From Mobula hypostoma (Eukaryota): 64,000 bases of DNA. The stretch is taken from contig NC_086110.1 in NCBI RefSeq assembly GCF_963921235.1, positions 744,001 to 808,000 on the forward strand, written 5' to 3'. Below are positions 24,490 through 37,800 of this stretch, in pieces. The position numbers and the translations under genes were made by a program. Position 1 is the stretch's first letter. Every line of letters starts with the position of its first letter. The notes below the pieces were generated by a model. The model saw nothing but the letters and a program-made list of their open reading frames with translations. It did no database searches and had not been told where the DNA came from.

Positions 24490-25745
24490 CTCAACTGAGG
24501 ATGTAACTAGTAGAGTGGATAGGGGAGAACCAGTGGATGTGGTATATTTGGATTTTCAAAAGGCTTTTGACAAGGTCCCACACAGGAGATTAGTGTGGAA
24601 ACTTAAAGCACACGGTATTGGGGGTAAGGTATTGGTGTGGGTGGAGAATTGGTTAGCAGACAGGAAGCAAAGAGTGGGAATAAACGGGACCTTTTCAGAA
24701 TGGCAGGCGGTGACTAGTGGGGTACCGCAAGGCTCAGTGCTGGGACCCCAGCTGTTTACAATATATATTAATGACTTGGATGAGGGAATTAAATGCAGCA
24801 TCTCCAAGTTTGCGGATGACACGAAGCTGGGTGGCAGTGTTAGCAGTGAGGAGGATGCTAAGAGGATGCAGGGTGACTTGGATAGGTTGGGTGAGTGGGC
24901 AAACTCATGGCAGATGCAATTTAATGTGGATAAATGTGAAGTTATCCACTTTGGTGGCAAAAATAGGAAAATAGATTATTATCTGAATGGTGGCCGATTA
25001 GGAAAAGGGGAGGTGCAACGAGACCTGGGTGTCATTATACACCAGTCATTGAAAGTGGGCATGCAGGTACAGCAGGCGGTGAAAAAGGCGAATGGTATGC
25101 TGGCATTTATAGCGAGAGGATTCGAGTACAGGAGCAGGGAGGTACTACTGCAGTTGTACAAGGCCTTGGTGAGACCACATCTGGAGTATTGTGTGCACTT
25201 TTGGTCCCCTAATCTGAGGAAAGACATCTTTGCCATAGAGGGAGTACAAAGAAGGTTCACCAGATTGATTCCTGGGATGGCAGGACTTTCATATGAAGAA
25301 AGACTGGATGAACTGGGCTTGTACTCGTTGGAATTTAGAAGATTGAGGTGGGATCTGATTGAAACGTATAAGATCCTAAAGGGATTGGACAGGCTAGATG
25401 CAGGAAGATTGTTCCCGATGTTGGGGAAGTCCTGAACGAGGGGTCACAGTTTGAGGATAGAGGGGAAGCCTTTTAGACCGAGATTAGGAAAAACTTCTTC
25501 ACACAGAGAGTGGTGAATCTGTGGAATTCTCTGCCACAGGAAACTGTTGAGGCCAGTTCATTGGCTATGTTAGAGAGAGTTAGATATGGCCCTTATGGCT
25601 ACGGAGATCAGGGGGTATGGAGGGAATGCTGGGGCGGGGTTCTGAGTTGGATGATCAGCCATGATCATAATAAATGGCGGTGCAGGCTCGAGGGCCGAAT
25701 GGCCTACTCCTGCACCTATTTTCTATGTTTCTATGTTTCTATGTC
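24490..25745 (+). mobile_element. Young 5'-truncated CR1 with an open 306-aa RT C-terminal ORF (24515..25435)
   Basis: YLDFQKAFDKVPH, SGVPQGSVLGP, KFADDTKL and RPHLEYCV. The tail is (TTCTATGT)n at ~25720-25745. Confidence 0.92.
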
Positions 25746-25749
25746 CATT

Positions 25750-26560
25750 GCTACCCTGACTGATCAGCAAACGATAAACTTCCGCCTTAAATGTTTGCAG
25801 GAGCTTGACCTTTACCCCAGTCTGTGGCACAGCATTCCACAGATTTTTTCTGGGAAAAAAAATAAAATTCTCCTTACCTCTGTTCTAAAGGGTCGTACCT
25901 CACCTTCGAGTCTATGCCCTTTAGTTCCGGGTAACCCCACCATAGGGAACAGCCTTTTGACATTACCATACATTCGGTAGGTTGACATGAGATCACCTAT
26001 CTACCCACCCCCCCACCCCAAACACACACACAAACACACATTCTTCTAAATTCCACTGAGTACAGGCCCAAAGCTGCCAAACGCTCCTGATATGTCAACC
26101 CCTTTATTCTCGTGAACTTCCCTAAACTATCTCCAATTACGGCACTTGCTTTTGGAGATATTGGGAGCAAAACTATTGATAATTTTCCAAATGCGATCTG
26201 ACTAGTCTCATAAAAGCTCAGTATTATCTCCTTGTTGTTTTATTCTACCCTCTTGAAAAAAGATGGCAACATTACATTTGTCTTCTGTACTAAAGACTCA
26301 CCTGGGATTCTTGAACGAGTATTCCGAAATCTCCTTGCACCTCTGATGTTTCAACCGTCTCCCTATTTAGATTATTGTCCGCAGTATTGTTCCTTTTACC
26401 AAAATGCGTTATCATACATTTCCCAAATACTGTACTGCTTTGCCCATTCTCACAATTTGTCTCAGTCCTGCTGCAATCGCATTTCTTCCTCAACACTACC
26501 TATCTCTCCGGCTGACTTTGTGTCAAGGTTATTTTGCGGCTGGGCAAAATATATACTAAT
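25750..26560 (-). mobile_element. Degraded CR1 3' and RT fragments
   Basis: GKCMITHFGKRNN..EVQGDFGILVQES on minus. A short (CA)n stretch lies at ~26022-26040. Confidence 0.6.
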
Positions 26561-26747
26561 GTATTCTAAAGATTTACGTTCTCCGCATGACGTGGAAGGG
26601 TGGTGAGATAGCAGAAGAGAATCATAGATGTTGTCTGAAATCTTAAAATGTAGTTGTAAGGAGCAATTGGATAGGTTGGGAATGCGATGTTGAGGATGAC
26701 CTTGTGGAAGTTTATTTATGTATAAGAGGCACATGTAAGGCAGATAG

Positions 26748-28233
26748 TGTTATGGTCCAGTCCGTGAACTCCGCATTCCGGTTCACTGTCCGGTCCATCG
26801 TCCGTTATTCCATGTTTTCTGGTTTTCCCTTTTTTCTGTTGGGTTCTCTAATTGAGGCAGCTGATTCACATTTTGTGCTGGCTACATAAATAGCTCCTTT
26901 GTTCAGCTTCAGTTGCTGGATTGTTCCCGTCAAAACGCCCTATCTGAATCCCTTCTCTGCCCCTTCCTCCTGAAGCCTTGCCCGACAACCAATGTCTGAA
27001 GCCTTGCCTGCAACCTGTGTCTATAGCCTTGCCTTGCCTCGCCTGAAGCCTTGTCTGCCGTGAAGCCTTACCTCGCCTGCAACCTCGCCAGCACCACTGT
27101 CAAGTTCAACAGTCGGAGCAAGACCAGAGCCTTTATGTGTCTGGATAAGAAACTATCTGTCATTGTTTGGAACTGCTCCTCTGTGTCCACGCCTTCGATA
27201 GGTACTTTCGGCCGTTTGCCGCTGGCTAGTATTGAGAACTGTCTCTGTGTCCACGCCTTCGCTAGGTAGGTCCGGCCATTTGCCGCTATCTGGTGTTATA
27301 AACTGCCTCTCTGTGCTCTGTTACTAGTCCCGGCTCTACGTCCTGCTTCCTACGAAGGGTCCTGACTCTGTGTAAAGCCCAGGCCCCAAGTCCTGTTCCC
27401 AAGGAGGGGTCACGGCTCTGTGTTCCATGTCTCTGCGTTCCTGTCATCTCAAGTCCAAGGCTCGGTGTCCCTGCCCTCCCTCGAACAAGGTTCTGCGTTC
27501 CTGTCTCCGAAGCCCAAGGCTCTATGTTTTGCCTTTATGACTCCCTTCAACCAGGGCTCTGCGTTCCTGTCTCCCTCGACCAAGTCAAGGCTTCGTGTTC
27601 TCGTCCTGCCCATGTGCCTCGTCCTGTCCGTTTGTGTTGTCCAGTGCTGGATTTCCCTCGTCCTGTATTGGCTTGTCTTGCCTAGGAGTCTCTCGTTCTG
27701 TCCTGTAGCCGCGCCTAGTTCTGTCTCCCAAGACCACATCAGTTCTTCGCCTAGTTTCGGATTCCGAGCCGGAGTTAAGACCCAGGTTCTGTGTCCTTGT
27801 CCAGGCTCTGGCTCGGAGTTCAAACCCAATCTGGTCATGTCCTCGCCTCGAGGAACACAAGACTCGTCCTGTCCTCGCCTCGAGGAACCCAACCCACGAA
27901 GAACCCAGTCCTCGAGGATCCCAAGCCATGTCCAGTCCTGTAGGCACGTCATGTCTTCGCCTAGTTCCGGCGTCCGAGCCCGAGACAGGACCCAGGTTCT
28001 GGGTCCTTGTCCAGTCTCTGGCTCGGAGTACAAGCCCAGGCTCCTAGTTCTCAGTTCCTAGTCCTGGTCCTGCTTGCCTAGCCAAAGTTTGTGTTCTTGT
28101 CTCAGCTCCTAGTCTGCCTCCAGTTACGTCCCTTGCTGGGTTAACAGGTCTAGTCTCTAGTCCTGTCCTGCTCGTAGTACTTCAGTGTTTGTGTATGGCA
28201 TTTGGTTCTGCCTTCAACGCTCCGGTTGTGACA
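26748..28233 (+). mobile_element. Solo LTR (1486 nt) inserted in a CR1 3' remnant
   Basis: Termini TGTTATGG..GTTGTGACA. Flanks are GATAG (26743-26747) and GACAG (28234-28238). Internal repeats are shared with the 2738-5919 LTRs. Confidence 0.8.
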
Positions 28234-28319
28234 GACAGACAGTGTAACTTGGGAACAACTGTTCAAAATTAGAGGGCGGAATTTAAAACAAGAGTGCGTA
28301 TGTGAGTCATAGGGTGTAG

Positions 28320-28325
28320 TTTATT
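28320..28325 (-). terminator. Candidate polyadenylation signal AATAAA for the receptor gene
   Basis: Plus-strand TTTATT about 310 nt past the stop codon. It lies in a degraded CR1 remnant and is unverified. Confidence 0.3.
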
Positions 28326-28632
28326 TGGAATGAGCTGCCCGGAAGGTAATGGAGGCAGCTACAACCAACAGTTAAAATGTATTTGAACTGGTGATTATAT
28401 TGTAAAGTGTCGTGTGATGCGCGCCCAATGCTGCTAATAGGGATTTCGTTTCTATACACCTGCTGTGCTGAACACGATTTCCTATTCAGTGGTCCATTAA
28501 TCGTAGTTTTTTTTTTTTTTGTTTTGTTGGAATTGGTGATTTCTCATTAAAATCCTTTGCTTACTCCACAGTTATTACGAAACAGTAACAACTCCTCGAC
28601 ACCACGATGGCCAGTAACGAGTAATACAATTA

Positions 28633-28800
28633 TCAATAACTATAAGTTGCTCTTTTCGTTTCCATATTTCTAGCCTCTTCCTTTATCTTTATTCCTGCAT
28701 ACTCGGTCTCATGAGTCTTTTGCACTCTTCTTGCGTTTTTCTGAGAAGCGGCGAGATCCACACATGCATACATAAGTGTATCTTCAGTTCCTTGGATGAT
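28633..28800 (-). CDS. Exon 6: terminal cytoplasmic exon with ITIM (LMYACV) and ITSM (TEYAGI)
   Basis: Acceptor ttgcttccatag|ATC. Translation IIQGTEDTLMYACVDLAASQKNARRVQKTHETEYAGIKIKEEARNMETKRATYSY*. Stop TGA at 28635-28633. Confidence 0.88.
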   Translation of the reverse strand: MIQGTEDTLMYACVDLAASQKNARRVQKTHETEYAGIKIKEEARNMETKRATYSY

Positions 28801-31800
28801 CTATGGAAGCAATCATTAGAGATAAGGAGCTTCTGATCCACTATATTTGAAAACTAATTTAGTCCAAAAGACCAAAAGACAAAGGAGCAGAAGTCGGCCA
28901 TACGGCCCATCGAGTCTGCTCCTCCATTTTATCATGAGCTGATCCATTCTCCCATTGATTCCTATTCCCCCGCCTTCTCACCATAACCTGTGATGCCCTG
29001 GCTACTCAGATATCTATCAATCTCTGCCTTAAATACACCCAATACCTTGGCCTCCACTGTTGCCCACGGCAACAAATTCCATAGATTCACCACCCTCTGA
29101 CTAAAAAAATCCTCGCATCTCTGTTCTGAATGGGCGCCCTTCAATCCGTAAGTCATGCCCTCTCGTACTAGACTCCCTCACCATGGGAAACATCTTTGCC
29201 ACATCCACTCTGGCCATGCCGTTCAACATTCGAAATGCTTCAATGAGCTCTCCCCTCATCCCTCTAAACTCCAAGGAATACAGTCCAAGAGCGGACAAAC
29301 ATTCCTCATATGTTAACCCTCTCATGCCTGGAATCTGGAATTATTCTACTGAATCTTCTCTGTACCCTCTCCAACGTCAGCACATCCTTTCTTAAATAGG
29401 GAGACCAGAACTGCCAACAGTGCTCCAAGTGAGGTCTCGTCACCGCCTTATAGAGCCTCGCATCACATCCCTGCTCCTATACTCTATTCCTCTGGAAATG
29501 AATGCCAACATTGCATTCGCCTTCTTCACCACTGACTCAACTTGGAGGTTACCCTTAAGGGTATCCTGTACGAGGATTCCTAAGTCCCGTTGCATCTCAG
29601 AATGTTCAATTCTTTCCCCACTTAATTAATATTCTGCCCGTTTTTTTTCTGCCAAAGTGCATAACCATACACTTTCCAACACTATATTTCATTGAGCACG
29701 TCTTTGCCCATTCTTCCAATCTATCCAAGTCTTACTGCAGACTCTCCGTTTCCTCGGCAGTTCCGGCCCCTCCACCTATCTTCGTATCGTCAGCAAACTT
29801 AGCCAGAAAACCGTTTATTCCATAATCCAAATCGTTGATGTACAATGTAAAAAGAAACGGCCCGAACTCCGACCACTCTGGAAAACCAGTGGTAACCGGC
29901 AGCCAACCAGAATACGATCCCTTTATTTCCACTCTGTTTCCTGCCAATCAGCCAACGCTCTATCCAACGTATGTAAATTTCCCGTAATTCCGTGGGCGCT
30001 TTTCTTGTTAAGTAGCCTCATGCGTGGCACCTTGTCAAAGGCCTTCTGAAAATCCAAATATACAACATCCACTGCATCTCCCTTGTCTAGCCTACTCGTA
30101 ATTTCCTCAAAAAAAAATTGTAATAGGTTTGTCAGGCAGACTTTTCCTTTAAGGAATCCTTGCTGAGTTCTGCCTATCTTGTCATATGCCTCCAGGTACT
30201 CTGTAACCTCATCCTTGACAACCGACTCCAACAACTTCCCAATCACAGATGTCAAGCGAACAGATCTATAATTTCTATTTTGCTTCCTTACCCGCCTCTT
30301 GAATAGCGGAGTGACATTTGCAGTCTTCCAGTCCTCTGGAACCATGCCAGAATCGATTGACTATTGATAGATCATCGCTAATATCTCAGCAATGTCCACA
30401 GCTACTTCCTTAAGAACACGAGAGTGCATTCCATCTTGTCTGGAAAATTTATACAGCTTTAGGCTATTCATCTTCATGAGTACTTTCTCCGTCGTAATTG
30501 TGACTGCGCACACTTCTCTTCCCTGCGACGCTTGAGTGTCCAGTATAGTGCTGATGTCTTCCTCAGTGAAGACTGTTGCAAAATACTCGTTCAGTTCCTC
30601 CGCCACCTCCTTAACTCCGATTACAATTTCTCCAGCATCATTTTCCATCGGTCCTATATCTACTCTCACCCATCTTTTGCTCTTTATATACTTAAAAAAG
30701 CCTTTAGTATCCTCTTTTGACATTATTTGCTAACTTCCTTTCTTGGTTAATCTTTTCCCTCTTAATGACCTTCTTAGTTTCCTTTTGTAAGGTTTTAGAA
30801 ACTTCCCAATCTTGTTTTCCCACGAATTTTTGCTTCCTTGTATGCCCTCTCCTTTGCTTTAACTTTGGCTTTGACTTCTCTTGTCAACCACGGCTGCATC
30901 CTTTTTCCATTCGAAATTTTATTCTTTTTTGGAATATACCCGTCTTGCACCTCCCTCACTTCTCGCATAAACTCCAGCCACCGCTGCTCTGCCGTCTTTC
31001 CCGCCAGTCTCCCTTTCCAGTCAACTTTGGCCATTTCCTCTCTCATGCCACTGTAATTTCCTTTACACCACTGAAATACCGACACATCAGATTTCGGCTT
31101 CACTTTTTCAAATTTCACAGTGACTTCAATCATGTTAAGATCACTGAATCCTATGGGTTCCTTCATCGCAATCTCTCTAATCACCTCCAGTTCATTACAC
31201 AATACCCAATCCAGTACAGCCGACCCCCTTGTGGGCTCAACAACAAGCTGTTCTAAAAAGCCATCTCGCAGACATTCTACAAATTCTCTCTTGAGATCCA
31301 ATGGCGACCTAATTTTCTGAATCCATTCGCATCTTAAAATCCTCCACAATTATCATAACACCGCCCTTCTGACAAGCCTTGTCTATTTCCTGTTGTAATT
31401 TGTAGTCCACATCCCTGTAGCTGTTTGGAGGCCTATAAATAACTACCATCAGGCTCTTTTTACCCCTGCGATTTCGTAGCTCAACGCATAAAGATTCTTC
31501 ACCTTCCGATCCTATATCACCTGTTTCTAATTATTTAATGTCATTTTTACAAAAAAAAAAGCCACGCCTCCCCCTCTGCCTACCTTCCTATCCTTCCAAT
31601 ACACCCTGTATCCTTGGACGTTCAGCTGCCAGAGACATACATCCTTTAGCCACGTCTCATTGATGGCCACAGTATCATACTTGCCAATCTGTAGCTGTAC
31701 GACAAGATCATCCACCTTATTCCTTATGCTGCGTGTATTTAAGTATAACAGCTTAAGACCAGTATTTGGTACTTTTTGCTTTGATTTCACTGCAACTTTA

Positions 31801-34800
31801 TTGCATTGTAACTCATCCCAATGGTTACAAATTTGCCCCATCACATGCCTGTCTTTCCTGATATATTCACTGCTCGTTATCTTAGATTTATTTCTGTTTT
31901 CCGCTTCCTCTGCTCTGTCATTCCGTTTCCCATCCCCCTGCGAAATTAGTTTAAACCTATCTCTGCCTTAATTACACCAATGAATTGGCCTACACAGCGA
32001 TATGTGGCATCAAATTCCACAAATTCACAACGTTTTGCTTAAAAAAAAAACATCTCTGGATCTCTGCTTTGAAAGGGCGCCCCTCTTTCCTGAGGCTCTG
32101 CTATTTTGTCTGAGATTCTCCGACCATGGAAAACATCCTTTCCAAATCTACCCTGTCTAGGCCTTTCAACATTCGAAAGGTTTCAATGGGATCCCCCTCA
32201 GCCTTTTGAATTCCAGCAAGTGCAGATCCGGACCCTTCAAACTTTCCTTGTGTGATACAGCTTTCATTCCTGGAATCGTCATTGTGAAACTCCTCTCAAT
32301 AAATAAATCGCTGAAGATGCTGCACTGCATAAGTCAGAGATACAGAACAAAAATGAGCACTGCTATTCTAGAACATGAGGTGTTACATGCAAAGTGACAG
32401 TCATTCTGTTGCTCTAATTATGTGTTCCTGATAATGGGTGTATGTGCAACATATGCTGCGGATATTCTACGAGTCTGTGGTGTCCAGTGCTATCATTTGT
32501 TGCTGTTTTGCGCTGGGTCAGCTGGCTGCGGGAAGCAGACACCAACAGAATCAAGAAACTCATTCGTAAGGCCAGTGATGTTGTGGGGATGGAACTGGAC
32601 TCTCTCACGGTGGTGTCTGAAAACAGGATGCTGTCTAAGTTGCATACCATCTTGGTCAATATCTCCTATCCACTACATAATGACCTGGATGGGCACAGAA
32701 GTACATTCAGCCAGTGACTCATTCCACCGAGATGCAGCACTGAGCGTGATAGGAAGTCATTCCTACCTGTGGCCATCAAAATTTACAACTCCCCACTTGG
32801 AGGGTCAGACACCCTGAGCCAATAGGCTGGTCCTGGACTTATTTCTTAATTTACTGGCATAAATTGCATATTACTATTTAACTATTTATGGTTCCATTAC
32901 TATTTATTATTTATGGTGCAACTGTAACGAAAACCAATTTCTCCCGGGATCAATAAAGTATGACTATGACTATATATAAACCCCTATATATGTCATAATA
33001 TTAATCTTACCTGATTTTCCAGGTAGCGACTTAAGTTCTCATCACTTTCGGCTACAACTAGAGGAAATAAAAAGTGACCAATTTCATCCTCAGCTTGTGA
33101 ACAGTTGCACCGAATGTTATTGAATATTCCAAAAGTAAACAGATCGGTTCGAAATAGGCCAGTGATCTGATACAATTCTTGTCATTTTATCAAACCACCC
33201 AATGATGATATTACTGGTGATAAAAATGGACCTAGTGTATGCGTAGAAATGTTCAAACTCTGTGGCTTGCATATGTTCTCCTGCGGCAACAAACGTTCTA
33301 AATTTGTAACACTAATTGCAGAATTAACAACATTGTTTTTAGTTGTTGCAAAATTTAGTAACATCGAGTAAAAATGCGTTTTAAATCTTGTTCTGCACAC
33401 AACACTCAGTTGTCGGATAGACTCTCAAGCACATCTACTTAAACCTATTTCTTAACATGAATGTTTTACCCTTCTCACTGCCATTTCAACTCCAATATGC
33501 TAGTGAAACTAAATATGGACCAAGGCAATGTAAAGACTTACCTTCAGTCTTGTCTACTCTGAAACGTCTGATAAGTAACAACAGCGCGAGGATAATGACT
33601 CCGCATGCTGCAAATGCACCCGTGAGGATTAAGATGAACTTGTCTCTGCTTTCTGAGGTGTGCAATAGAAGTCAAATATTAGCATTTTACGGAGATTAAA
33701 CAATTGAATCACGTGTACCGCGGACGTAAAGAATCCGATCCGTACTTTCTCTCGCATCTTGACCACATTGGCTTCGTAGTAAATCGCAAATTGAAATAAA
33801 ACGTGGATTATACGTAGGACATTACTAAGTAATTATATCAATATTTAATTCAGCTTATTTTCATCAGTAATTCTGTACTCTTGAATAAGTTGATAAGGCA
33901 TGGATTGAAGCGAGGGCTGGCAAATATACGCAAGCGACCTCAGGTCAAAGAATATGATGATGCAAAATCGAATTTCTAGGTACAGTTGTGAATTGTGCCG
34001 GCAAAATTTAGCAGATACGAACTCTGATATAATAGACAGGCAGGCCAATATAAGGTCTAGCAGCTTGGTGTGCAGAATTAGGGATATCAGTATGTTTTAA
34101 ACCAGAGGAAGGGAAAACCAGCTTACATTTATTTATAGTATCATGTCAGGGCATGTTGCGAAGATGATAGTAAGGCTTATGGAATTTGTCGGCACAAATG
34201 TGGAATCTGAAATAAGTGAACTCACGCTGCATTTGTATTGAACTATGGTCTCTTATATTGTGATATTGTGTTCAATTATAGTAAGATTGTGACGCGTTAG
34301 AGAGGATGCAGGAAAGTCTATTTCTGTTAGAGATGCAGTCGAAACTGCATGCATTCTTCACTTTGCTCAGTCGTGGAGAAGATAACTGAAGACCCACGCA
34401 CACCGATTATGAAACATTCTGTTTCCTTACGCGAATATTTTTGTACTACTGATTTATATATGTAACTTATAGTAGGTCGATGACTGCATTGTACTGCTGT
34501 CAAACAACAACAAATTTCAGGTCATGTAATTCAGTGATCAGAAAATTCAGTGAATCTGATCGTGCAAAGTGGAGATCACATAAAATTACATAAAATGCAA
34601 GTCAGCATTGCCGATAACAGGGATTTAGAAAGACAGGATCTGCAAAAGTCAAGGAGTTATGCCATTTATTTTTGCATATTATTTCTTGAAGCAGGAAACA
34701 GCAGCAGTATAATATGATCTCTAACTCTTCCTTATATAGCCAATGCCTTACATTTTGCTTTCCCCCTTTGAATATGCTCGCTTCGTCACTGTTTGTGAGG

Positions 34801-37800
34801 AATTGATAAATACCAGACATAAAACATGTGGTTAAGCATATAAGCCTCTTACCCAATATGATTCTGTATGACTCGGAAGCTGGCTCCTTCATAGATTCAT
34901 GAAACACCTGGCAAGTATAAACATACCCGCTTTCTGTTACATTGAGGGAGCTTGAAACGAGATATAATCCCTCCTCGTTCTGCATTCGTGTGGTATGCAT
35001 TCCTGAAGTGATTTTGAATTCATTTTTGTACCATATGAGCTTATAGTCCTTCGGGAAAAAAGCAGCAGTTGTGCACGTCAGAGCCGCGGAAGGAGCGTTC
35101 ACTTCGGTGATTTTCAACGGAGCTGGCGGAACTGCAAATGATTAAAAAAAAAAGACGAGAGCTAAAATCTCTAAGCGCGCATTTATCAGAGAAAATAATC
35201 GCCGACAGAGAAGTATTCTTCACAACCTGGAACGTTAATCTGAATTTAACTTGAAAACATTAATCCCAAATCAAGCATGTTAAACATTTCTGCATGACGT
35301 TTTATGCGGCGATATAAATATTCGTTAGTAGTTTTTTTTGCATTGAATAGAACACTTTCAACTCAGGTGAACGTATCACGGAGAAATTAGATAAAACCTT
35401 TCCGTGTTACTATTTAACTACGTGACCACTATTTATTTCTCCTTATTCCACATGCAAAAAGCTGCAATAAGATTAGTTTGTTTTTTTGTAAATTTGTCTA
35501 ATCTTAAATCAACATTTTATACATGATTGGATTTACATTGTGAGAACGTTCTGCACGTTCTCTAATGTGTTGTGCTGTAAAGCATTTCGATTAGGTCCTC
35601 GTAATTCTTCTCATATTCTATATGCCGTAATGGTTATACGCCGAAACAACAGAATCCCACTACATATTACACAAACACATGACCTTTTTTTTTGCAAATA
35701 CTGAATTCAGTTTGAATCCCATTATATCTTCCATCGACTCTTCATACCGATTGAAAATATATACACGTTTAGTCACGTCAATTACCTTACAGCGTGTTGC
35801 ATATAAAAATAATTTGATGGTACAGAAGACCTATTTTAGCTAACGTATGCAATTAAATTTATCGTTAGTTTTATTCTAATTGTGTTGTTATCAAATGTTT
35901 ACTTGTATTGTATCGGATCCTGCGTAATAATTATTTCATTCTCCTTTATACTTGTGTACAGGAAGTTACATGAAGCAATCTTGAATCCTGAATTTTGGAC
36001 CTTTACTGCAGATACCAGTTCCACATTTCGGATTGGTATTGGTTCCACAGAACGAATCGGGTGGGCGAGATTGAGTCAAAACACAACGGGAAGAGTTGAT
36101 AACAAAACGCAGTTTAACTATTTTTGGAGAAACTTAAGGGAAGGAGGTTTTAAACGCAAGGTGGTCTACACTATCTAGTATGATTAACGGCCGAAATTTT
36201 ACAATGCAGAATGACGTGCGAGATTTTGATTACTGACACAGTGATGCAAAATGATGCAGTGAGTAATTTATAATACCATCGATTGTGTTCCTATCAAAAA
36301 CAATTTAAGGAAAGAACGTTCAATTAAGAATGTAATTCATCAGCAATAGAAAAACCCAAGAAGCTTTTGTGAGAACAAATCTCCTTGTACAGAGTGTAAA
36401 TCCTACACTAGGTTTAGTGAGAAAAAGAGATCGTTTTATAAGCAGAAATAAAAAAGCCACTTTTAAATCAGGAATAAGTGTTGTGTCAACTGTTCTGTAA
36501 CTCGCTTAATAAAATGTTACTATTTAGAGAGGATGGAATAATGATATCTACCTGAGTGGACTGGAAGTGGAAATCAGTATATATGGAGAGGATATGGAAC
36601 TTGTGCGTGATGCAATTGTTAGTTGAAATTAGAGCGGCACAACAGCATTCTGTATAATCGACAGGCATTGAAATGTCAACTGATCAAATTCCTATAAGGA
36701 CAATAATTAAATCTCTCAGAATTCATCACACATACAATTGGTTATCCAACAATGCTCTAATCGATGTCGCAATAAGACTGCTAATTCCAACATGTTTACC
36801 CGGAACAAACCTGTTTGCAATACGAAAAATAACGTATAGCGATGTGCTCTATTTTCTACATTAAACAAGAACAATGCTTAAACAATAATTGGGAGTTCCA
36901 TAGAGAGGGTTGACATAAACAGAGCCCTAGTACCGTACGTGCCTAATCCCTCAAAGTACTGACACAGTTGAGAAATGTGGCGAATAAGGCAGTTTGATAT
37001 TCCTGCCTGCGTTGGTCAGGAATTGGGACGTCAGGCTGAAATTGCACAAGTCGTTGGTGAGAACATACTTGAGGTATTGTCCATGGTCCTCTTAACCTAG
37101 CCACAGCATAGATGTCATTAATCTGGTATGAGTGCGTGCAGCATTGGCTCTGCAGGATTTCATTTACTTTGGAGAATCTACGACTCTTTGTCAGCAGAGA
37201 AGGAGGTCGAACAGTGATCTGATAGATGTTTATAAAGTTATAAGGACCAAGATAATGTGGGTAGTCAAAGTCTTCTTTCCACATTCTCGGTGTTTGCAAC
37301 TGGAGGGATGGGTTTAAAATGAATGGGCATAGGTTTAAATTGAACCTAAAAGGTATCTTTTTCTGCACACTTGGCAGTTGGTACATAAAATGACATGCAC
37401 GAGGAAGCTGAGGAAGCGGGATAAAATGATAATGCCAAAAAATATAAACATTCAGACATGCCCATGAATAGAAAAAAAATGTGTTCAGGGATATTGGGGT
37501 TTGTTCGGCATGTCAGATTTAGGTTGAGAACTGTCCGTCTAGGTTATATAAATCTATGACTCGTGTGAAAAAAAAATCAAACTAATGTTGTGCATTTTAA
37601 TAACCCTACAATGTCAGCGGGTAATTGGTTCCTGCAGTTCTCTCCTGTCTGTCAACATGCAAGAAAAACTACAATTTGTTTTCTAACACAGTGAAAGATC
37701 ATGGCCGATCTGCATTTTCACTTTCAAGTTGGAAGGTGAAATGTACCATGACTTTGTCGCCGGGGAGATATCAGTTTGTTAAATCGGCTTGGAGAGTAAA

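Noticed and set aside
24515-25435. 306-aa open ORF as a domesticated RT gene
   Set aside because: It is a 5'-truncated young CR1 with its microsatellite tail. The open frame is explained by recency.
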